Source of the DNA: a virus
Strand: one strand, 5' to 3'
IMG/VR virus record: IMGVR_UViG_3300048909_000109
DNA length: 64,000 nt
Position numbers and translations under genes: made by a program. Below, piece after piece: positions 57,443-64,000 of this stretch (positions within the stretch are counted from its first letter, which is position 1; each line of letters begins with the position of its first letter). The notes beneath the pieces are model-generated. The model had not been told where the DNA came from. It saw only the letters and a program-made list of their open reading frames with translations, and ran no database searches.

Positions 57443-57654
57443 GACATCGGTGGACTCTTCCACGCTATTACAAGATGGTTGAGTTCTGGGCTGAGAATGG
57501 TCCACCGGTCTATGTTTCCGCCGCAGCTTATTTGGGTTTGATTAAACCGAAGAAGAAAAGGTCGTCACAAGGAAAACCTGCTAAGGAAGGTCACCGAGGC
57601 GACGACTTGAATGAGTTGTTGAAAATGGCTGGACCTGGCGGGATGTTCCACTAA
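56981..57654 (+). CDS. Tail assembly chaperone GT (-1 frameshift at G GGG GAA, 57319-57325)
   Basis: Slippery heptamer in register; -1 frame open to TAA 57652-57654 overlapping the tape measure ATG; no independent start. Confidence 0.8.
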
Positions 57655-60600
57655 TGGCTGACGAAAACAACGATCTTAATATCAACATCGGGATGAACCC
57701 GTCCGGTGTTGAGTCTGGCAGTCGCCGGTCGAAGGCGGCTGTCAGTTCGGTCACGGACGAGGCCAAACAGCTCGAGCAGGCGTTCAAGCGGATCAAGGCG
57801 GCAATCGATCCGACCTTCGCTGCACAGGAACGCTACAACAAGTTGCTGCAGGATGCCAAGCTTCTGCTCAAGGCAGGAGAAATGGATCGCAAGGAATACA
57901 ATGCGACCATCCGTGCTGCAAAGCAACTGCTCGACGAAGAGTCCGCTGCGCTCATGCGGAACAGTGCTGCCGGTCGTGCAGCTGCGTCGGAGGCAAAGGC
58001 TCGGAAGGCACAGGAAGCATCCGATGCTCGCGCAGCAGCGGCGGCAGTTCGTGCGGCGGCAATGGAGAAGGCCGCTGCTGAACGTGCGGCGGCGAAGGAA
58101 GCTGCGGCTGCTCAGGCGGCTGCTCGAGCCGAGGAACGTGCGGCGATCCGTCAAGCTGCACAGGAGGCCAAGGCCGCAGCCCAACAGAAGGCAGCCGCAG
58201 AACGTGAGGCCGCTGCGCAGGAAAAAGCCGCAGCAAAGGAAGCCGCCGCTGCTATAACCGCAGCGAAACGTCAGCAGGCAGCCGACGAACGTGCAGCGAT
58301 GCAGGAAGCTGCCGCGCAAGAGAAGGCAATTCGTCAGCAGCAGAAGCAGGCGGCTCGTGATGCAGCTCAGGCTGCAAAGACGGCAGCGCAAGAAAAGGCG
58401 CAGGCCGAACGCATGGCTGCGGCCGCTGCTCGTGAAGCTGCGAAGGCTGAAGCTGATGCAGCAAAGGCTGCTGCTGCAGAAGCGCAGGCGGCACAACAGC
58501 TTCGCGCATCGATTGATCCCGCCTATGCTGCGCAGATGCGCTATAATCAAACTGTGCAGACGGCGAAGAAGCTGCTCGATGCCGAGAAGCTCAGTCAGGC
58601 TGAATACACTGCGGTCTTGAAGCAGGCCAAGGCACAGATGGATGTCAACGTCCGCACGATGGGGCGGATGAACAATCTGAACGTCCAGATCGGTTATCAG
58701 ATGCAGGACGTGGTCGCGTCTTGGGCATCCGGTATCAATCCGCTCGTGATCCTTGCACAGCAGGGAGGTCAGACCGCTGCGGCAATGTCGACCATGGGCG
58801 GCACCGTCGGTCGTGTCGCTGCATTCTTCGCGGGTCCTTGGGGTGCGGCGATCATCGGGTTCACGATGGTTCTCGGCTACCTGTGGGAAAGCCTCGATGA
58901 CGGCAAGAAGAAAACCCTTGATCTAAACGATGCCGAGTCTCGTCGCACTGCAACGGTCAAGGATCTGACCAAGGCGCTCGAGGATTATGTCGAGCAGCAG
59001 CGTCAGTCGAACAACGAGGATTTGCAGAACCTCGAGAATACTAACAACCTGAACGCAACGACGCAGGCACAGGCGACCGCTCAAGTTGCTCAGGCACAGG
59101 CGAAGGTAAATCAGCTTCAGCAAGAATATGACGATATGCGGGCCGGTAAGAACACGGTCTACAATCTTGCGCCTCAAGCTGCACAGCTCGCTATGCTCGG
59201 CGTTCAGTATGGTCGTCTTGTTCTAGCGCAACGTGAGCTTAGTCGCGAGCAGGTTCTGCTCAAGACGTCGACCGATGCACTGACGGAGTCGCGTACCGCT
59301 CTGCTCAAGAAGACTGCTGACGAGGAGCCTTCGGAGAAGGAACACCAGAAGCGGTTGCAGGCGATCACTGACGCCTATCGCAATAGTCAACAGACACTTG
59401 CTGACTTTGATCGTGCTGCGCTGCTGCGCCGTCAGGAGAACGAACGCTATAACCGCGTCAAGGAGCAAGAGGCGCAAGCTCGCCGCGATGCAGCATCGGC
59501 TGCTCGTGAAGAAGAAAAGGCAACATTCCACACCCGGCAGCAGGCAATCGGTGTTGCGGGTCGCGAGCTTCAGAAGGCCGGCTACTCAGTAGGTGAGAAC
59601 AACCAGTTCGGCGGTGTTACAGCTAACCACCCCGGAATGGGCAATACAGCTCATGCTCAGTTCGCCATTGATGTTAACATTCCTGGCGCTGGAACGGAAG
59701 CTGCCAACGCATCGGCGAAGATGCAGATGGATAAGATGGTCGCTGCCTATCAGGCTCGCGGCTTCAGGATCCTGTGGAACGGGAAAGTCTATCAACCGTT
59801 CGGTGGTGGACCGTCCTACGATATTCCTGCGAACGTCAACCAACACAAAGACCACGTTCACATCGAGGCTCCTCAGTCCATCGTCGGTAAGCCGGCTGGA
59901 TCGAAGTTAGCCAATCAGTTGATCGCTGACGACAAGGCGGTCGAGAGTGCTGAGCATAAGCGCCAACGCGAAGCACTCGAGGGTGAGGTCGAAACGCTCG
60001 AAGCGAAGAAGGAGCTGTATAAGGACGACCTCTACGCTCAGCTGCAGATCCAGGACGAGATTGAAGCAAAGACCGCCGCATTCTACGGCGCTCAGTCGAA
60101 GCAAGCTCAGGAAGAGCACAAGAAAACACTTGACCTCGAGTACCGGATCGGGCAAGAACAAGTCAAGATCGCACAGGAAACGATCCAGAAGAAACTCGAC
60201 ATCGCAACTCAAGGAGCGAACGCCGAGAACGAGGTTCAGAACCAGGCCATTCAGCAGCAGAGTCAGCTTGCCGACTTCGCAGCAACGAACGGTCTTGTCA
60301 GTGACCACAAGGCACTTCAAGAAAAGAAGCGGATCCTCGCCGAAGAGACGACGGATCAGATGCGCTTCGAGGATACGATCTATGGCCTGAAGAAGCAGGC
60401 AGTCGAGGATCAACTCGCACTTGACAACCTGACCGCTGATGCTCGCCGGCAGTTGCTCAATCAACTCGAGGTGATGGAAGCTGAGCATCAAGCGAAGATG
60501 CGCGGCATCCAGGCTCAGGCTGCAACGCAGACACAAGCGCTGAACATCCAGACTGCTCAGCTGTCAATGGACACATGGCGAGGCATGTTCCAGACTGTGG

Positions 60601-61490
60601 GTCAGTCGCTGAACAACACCTTCCAAGGACTATGGACACGGTCGATGACGGTCTGGCAAGGCCTCATCAATCTCGGCGATCAAATCGTCTACAAGTTCGC
60701 GGACATGGGTGAGAAGGTCCTTGTCGACTGGTTGACGAAGCAGGCCGTTCGACTTGGTCTTGTTCACATTCAGCAGGCACAGGAAACTGCGGCAGTTGCT
60801 GCGGGAGAGTCTGCACGGACGGGTATCACTGCAGCGGGCACCGCGAGCCGCGAAGGAATTGGCGCTGCTGCCGTTGGAATTCACGTAGCCCAGCAGGCAG
60901 CAAAAACTGGAGCATCGGTCACATCCGAAGCGGTGCAGACTGGCGCAAAGGTAACGGGTGAGGCCACTCGCGGCACTGTGGGTGCAGCAGGCGCTGTCGC
61001 AGAAATCGGCACTCGCGCTGCAACGTCGGCAGCCGGCGCGTTCTCGTCGACCGTCGTTATCCCGTTCATCGGTCCTGTCGCTGCGCCTGTCGCTGCTGCA
61101 GCCGCCCTCGCGGCAGTGCTTGGGTTCGCTGCGTTGGTGTCAGCACGTGGCGGTCAGGCTGAGGTTCCGTTCGACGGCCAGCTCTCCATGTTGCACAAGA
61201 AGGAAATGGTGTTGCCAGCTTGGGCCGCGGAGCCGCTGCGTCAGCAGATGCGTTCAGGCCCATCATCCGGCGGCATCTTTGGTTCTGCGGCTGCGGCCGG
61301 CGCGTCGTCCCGCACGACTAACAATGGTGGTGACACTCATCTTCACTATGGCCCACAGTATGGATCCGCACCTCGTGAAATGAATATGGACCAACTGCTT
61401 CGACGCGACGGTGGTCGTCTGTTGCGTTGGTTAAAGAAGCAACAGCGTGACGGCGCCTTTGTCGGCGGCGCATCTGGAGGAAGCAAGTAA
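57654..61490 (+). CDS. Tape measure protein with embedded peptidase-like domain
   Basis: 1278 aa, Ala-rich helical; QMQDVVAS.ASG.NPL..LAQQGGQ lambda-type motif; AH...AID...HKDHVH. Confidence 0.95.
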   Translation: MADENNDLNINIGMNPSGVESGSRRSKAAVSSVTDEAKQLEQAFKRIKAAIDPTFAAQERYNKLLQDAKLLLKAGEMDRKEYNATIRAAKQLLDEESAALMRNSAAGRAAASEAKARKAQEASDARAAAAAVRAAAMEKAAAERAAAKEAAAAQAAARAEERAAIRQAAQEAKAAAQQKAAAEREAAAQEKAAAKEAAAAITAAKRQQAADERAAMQEAAAQEKAIRQQQKQAARDAAQAAKTAAQEKAQAERMAAAAAREAAKAEADAAKAAAAEAQAAQQLRASIDPAYAAQMRYNQTVQTAKKLLDAEKLSQAEYTAVLKQAKAQMDVNVRTMGRMNNLNVQIGYQMQDVVASWASGINPLVILAQQGGQTAAAMSTMGGTVGRVAAFFAGPWGAAIIGFTMVLGYLWESLDDGKKKTLDLNDAESRRTATVKDLTKALEDYVEQQRQSNNEDLQNLENTNNLNATTQAQATAQVAQAQAKVNQLQQEYDDMRAGKNTVYNLAPQAAQLAMLGVQYGRLVLAQRELSREQVLLKTSTDALTESRTALLKKTADEEPSEKEHQKRLQAITDAYRNSQQTLADFDRAALLRRQENERYNRVKEQEAQARRDAASAAREEEKATFHTRQQAIGVAGRELQKAGYSVGENNQFGGVTANHPGMGNTAHAQFAIDVNIPGAGTEAANASAKMQMDKMVAAYQARGFRILWNGKVYQPFGGGPSYDIPANVNQHKDHVHIEAPQSIVGKPAGSKLANQLIADDKAVESAEHKRQREALEGEVETLEAKKELYKDDLYAQLQIQDEIEAKTAAFYGAQSKQAQEEHKKTLDLEYRIGQEQVKIAQETIQKKLDIATQGANAENEVQNQAIQQQSQLADFAATNGLVSDHKALQEKKRILAEETTDQMRFEDTIYGLKKQAVEDQLALDNLTADARRQLLNQLEVMEAEHQAKMRGIQAQAATQTQALNIQTAQLSMDTWRGMFQTVGQSLNNTFQGLWTRSMTVWQGLINLGDQIVYKFADMGEKVLVDWLTKQAVRLGLVHIQQAQETAAVAAGESARTGITAAGTASREGIGAAAVGIHVAQQAAKTGASVTSEAVQTGAKVTGEATRGTVGAAGAVAEIGTRAATSAAGAFSSTVVIPFIGPVAAPVAAAAALAAVLGFAALVSARGGQAEVPFDGQLSMLHKKEMVLPAWAAEPLRQQMRSGPSSGGIFGSAAAAGASSRTTNNGGDTHLHYGPQYGSAPREMNMDQLLRRDGGRLLRWLKKQQRDGAFVGGASGGSK

Positions 61491-62578
61491 TGGCTGTTTA
61501 TCGGATTGACGGTTGGGACTACTATCCGAGTGCCGGCAGTGTGCAGGTTCAGGCCGAAGCGGACGGATGGTATAACGGCGCGTCAGGCTTGCAGACCTTC
61601 ACAGGTCGTTTCGGTAAAGGCCTTGCAATGGGCTTCACCGGATCGGTCTTCAACCAAACAGCACAGGAAGCAATCGGTAAGCGTTGGACCACTCAGACGA
61701 CGATCATCGGTCAAGCGATCTTCTGGCCTTCCGGCGGCGGATCGGGTTTCCAGTTCGGGATCAACGATGCGGAAGGTGGAGCTGGAACTCAGTTCTACCT
61801 TCAATTCGAGACACTTGGTGTTATTCGGGTCTATCGCCAGAATGCGGGTGCAGGACCGGTACTCGTTGCTACATCGGCGGCGAAGTCTTGGCATGCCGAC
61901 GAGTGGAACTACATCGAGTGCAAGTTCAAGATCGCATATCCCGGCTCAGGCCTTGTGGAAGTTCGGGTCAACAAGGTGACCGTCATTTCTTATGTCGGGC
62001 CTACGGGTAACACGACTGCTCCTGTGCTAGGCGAAGCATATGGATGGGACTCCATTTGGTGGAGCGGCTCACTCAGCTTCAATGACGATACGAACCAACT
62101 TCGTTGGGATGATCGCTACATCAGCGATGATACGGGCCTGAACAATACCGACTACCTGGGCAATGTTCGCGTCAACCTGCAGAAGACCGTAGGCGTCGGC
62201 GATGTCACTCAGATGAGCGTCTTCGGCGCAGCGGCCAACTGGGATGCCGTCAATGAGCCTGAGCTCACCGAGGTCGAGTATGTCTACGACTCCGTCATGG
62301 GTCACTATGATCTGTATGCAATGGATCCGAACGTAACGGCGCAGAACATCCTAGCCGTGCAGCTCACGGGCGCACATCGTCAGGACGACTCCACTCAGCT
62401 CAAGTCTCATCTGGTGATGAAGACTCATGCAACCGAATACGAAGGAGCAGACCACTTCCTTGCACAGACCTATCACTACTACCGCGATGTTTGGGAACTC
62501 AATCCGAACACCGGCGTAGGCTGGACCGCCGCCGAGCTGAACGCTATTCAGGCCGGGCAGAAGGTTCTAGCGGGTTAA
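61490..62578 (+). CDS. Virion structural protein, LamG-like
   Basis: Follows tape measure; paralog of 2193-3764. Confidence 0.75.
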   Translation: MAVYRIDGWDYYPSAGSVQVQAEADGWYNGASGLQTFTGRFGKGLAMGFTGSVFNQTAQEAIGKRWTTQTTIIGQAIFWPSGGGSGFQFGINDAEGGAGTQFYLQFETLGVIRVYRQNAGAGPVLVATSAAKSWHADEWNYIECKFKIAYPGSGLVEVRVNKVTVISYVGPTGNTTAPVLGEAYGWDSIWWSGSLSFNDDTNQLRWDDRYISDDTGLNNTDYLGNVRVNLQKTVGVGDVTQMSVFGAAANWDAVNEPELTEVEYVYDSVMGHYDLYAMDPNVTAQNILAVQLTGAHRQDDSTQLKSHLVMKTHATEYEGADHFLAQTYHYYRDVWELNPNTGVGWTAAELNAIQAGQKVLAG

Positions 62579-62582
62579 TGTC

Positions 62583-63716
62583 GTGGCAGCTATCCATGTC
62601 CGCCTTCTCACAACCACAGCCGTCGGAGGCTATACCGCCAACCTTCGTGCGCGGATCATCGCGCTTGAGGCAGTCGCGCTCAACGCAGCGCCGATGCGGG
62701 CTCGTCAGCTGTGGGATGAAGCCGCTGTTGGTAACTACCCCAACATGCGGGCTCGGCAACTCTGGCAGGAAGATCTGTCGGGTGCATCAATCAACCCATC
62801 CGGCTACCCGAACATGCGGACGCGTGTTTGTGTCGTCGAGGAACTCATGGAAGTCCTGGAGGAAGTAATGGCGACCGACGTATTCCCCGGCATCGATCCC
62901 GCGACGGGCGACACTGCCGTGCTGAAGGGTCTTGCCTTCGATGTGCAGAAGCGTCCGGGCTTCAGCAACAAGATTGTCGAGCATACCAGCGGCGAAGAGA
63001 CAGCGACATCCTATTGGGAAAACCCGAAGTGGGATTATACGCTCACCTATGACTATCTGCCTGATCGACCGGTCTCGGTCGGAGAGACGGATCTTCATCA
63101 GATCATGGGCTTCTTCCTGCAGATGAATGGTCGCTTCAAAGCATGGCTGTTCGAGGATCCTGACGACCACATCGTCACTGCGGGCTTCCAGAAGACGTTC
63201 GATGGTGTCACGCCCGACTTTAACCTCGTGCGAGGTATGGGCGGTTTCTATGAACCCGTCGGACAGCTCAATGATACTCAGCCGCTCGACATTTGGTTGG
63301 AGACCGACGAAAATCATAACGTGCCCGCAATGCCCGGGCCCTACACGATCACGCTCCCGCACACTCCGACTGTAGAGCCTGTGCTCACGATTGGGGGAAC
63401 GCCGCTCGTCAAGGTTGTCGGTGCGCCGGGTGCGATGCAGTATAGCGTCGCCGGACTCGTCTACACGTTCAACGCTGCACAGCAGGGAGCGACGGTCGTC
63501 TTCCACTATCAGTACTTGGTCGATCCCGCCGACTACACCTACACCGCTCCGAACGTGATCGCGTTCGACACAGCACCGGCGGATGGAGCAATCGCAACAG
63601 CAAGTTTCCAATACTACTTCGTCTGTCGGTTCAAGGACGATCAAATTGAGTTCAACAAGTTCATGGATAAGCTCTGGGAGCTACAGGAACTTAACTTCCG
63701 GAGTGTCATTCAGTGA
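62583..63716 (+). CDS. DUF2460-like distal tail protein with in-frame repeat extension (internal start 62868)
   Basis: FDVQKRPGFS, FFLQMNGRFKAWLFEDPDD, FQYYFVCRF; GGAGG-N4-ATG at 62868. Confidence 0.8.
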   Translation: MAAIHVRLLTTTAVGGYTANLRARIIALEAVALNAAPMRARQLWDEAAVGNYPNMRARQLWQEDLSGASINPSGYPNMRTRVCVVEELMEVLEEVMATDVFPGIDPATGDTAVLKGLAFDVQKRPGFSNKIVEHTSGEETATSYWENPKWDYTLTYDYLPDRPVSVGETDLHQIMGFFLQMNGRFKAWLFEDPDDHIVTAGFQKTFDGVTPDFNLVRGMGGFYEPVGQLNDTQPLDIWLETDENHNVPAMPGPYTITLPHTPTVEPVLTIGGTPLVKVVGAPGAMQYSVAGLVYTFNAAQQGATVVFHYQYLVDPADYTYTAPNVIAFDTAPADGAIATASFQYYFVCRFKDDQIEFNKFMDKLWELQELNFRSVIQ

Positions 63717-64000
63717 GGACTGTTCAGCCAGAGCCCGGGCATACCGAAGCGGAGGTGAAGGCGATCATCGCTTCTCGCCAATTCGTCTTTACGGATTGCT
63801 TCACGATCACTGCACCGAACGGCGACAAGATCCGTTGCTGCTCGTCTCAGAAAGACGTCATCGTCACTCCGATTGGCGGGGGCGTCAAGCAGACCTGGTC
63901 GTCGAAAGGCATCAAGGTCAGCGGAGTCAAGACTGTTAGTCAAGCCGGCGTCGATGTCGATGAACAAGAATGTCAGATCGACTTCACGCCCGATCAACGC
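63713..64000 (+). CDS. DUF2163-like tail hub protein (3'-truncated)
   Basis: GTGA overlap; FVFTDCFTIT.PNG...GVDVDE; frame open to window end. Confidence 0.7.
   Translation, partial: MRTVQPEPGHTEAEVKAIIASRQFVFTDCFTITAPNGDKIRCCSSQKDVIVTPIGGGVKQTWSSKGIKVSGVKTVSQAGVDVDEQECQIDFTPDQR

Noticed and set aside
57950-58500. Ala/Gln/Lys-rich repeats in the tape measure that look like an array
   Set aside because: Degenerate in-frame protein repeats; no fixed repeat-spacer structure, so not CRISPR
1-64000. Lysogeny module, tRNAs, DNA methylase, glycosyltransferase or 7-deazaguanine genes
   Set aside because: No integrase or partition genes, cloverleafs or diagnostic motifs recognised by eye; a few kb lie outside the window
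1-64000. Apparent abundance of CTCGAG, GTCGAC and GATC sites as proof of base modification
   Set aside because: Not counted, and explicable by GC-rich codon usage; needs an observed/expected calculation

Overview
This window is almost certainly most of a tailed-phage (siphovirus-type) genome, opened in the tail region. It starts inside a tail-tip gene and ends inside the gene that follows a DUF2460-like distal-tail gene, so probably only a few kb of tail genes are missing (inference). CtrA-type boxes and a CtrA-like DNA-binding domain point to an alphaproteobacterial host. Layout: tail tip/fibres, endolysin and holin (1-6.3 kb, +); a leftward arm with a J-domain protein, spanins, two winged-helix proteins, SNF2 helicase, VRR-NUC, SSB-like, AAA ATPase, exonuclease, UDG-fused PolA and a nucleotide-modification cluster (6.3-20.7 kb, -); primase-helicase (21-22.9 kb, +); an early region of small genes split by a repeat-rich non-coding block at 29.6-30.5 kb (23-42 kb); mixed accessory genes including a ThyX-like gene (42-46.5 kb); then terminase, portal, protease/scaffold, capsid, neck, tail, G/GT frameshift chaperone and tape measure (46.5-64 kb, +). 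I found no integrase, reverse transcriptase, tRNA, rRNA or CRISPR array. Most notable: (1) two tandem ThyA-fold genes, both with the dCMP-type Asp, alongside a separate ThyX, suggesting cytosine modification with no visible glycosyltransferase; (2) a receiver-less, zipper-fused CtrA-like protein plus CtrA boxes at a fixed promoter position; (3) a covarying C-AAYNAC-G hairpin at the predicted +1 of five early promoters, plus one extended variant; (4) a dispersed family of HTH-Trp paralogs. All alignments were made by eye; no searches were run.
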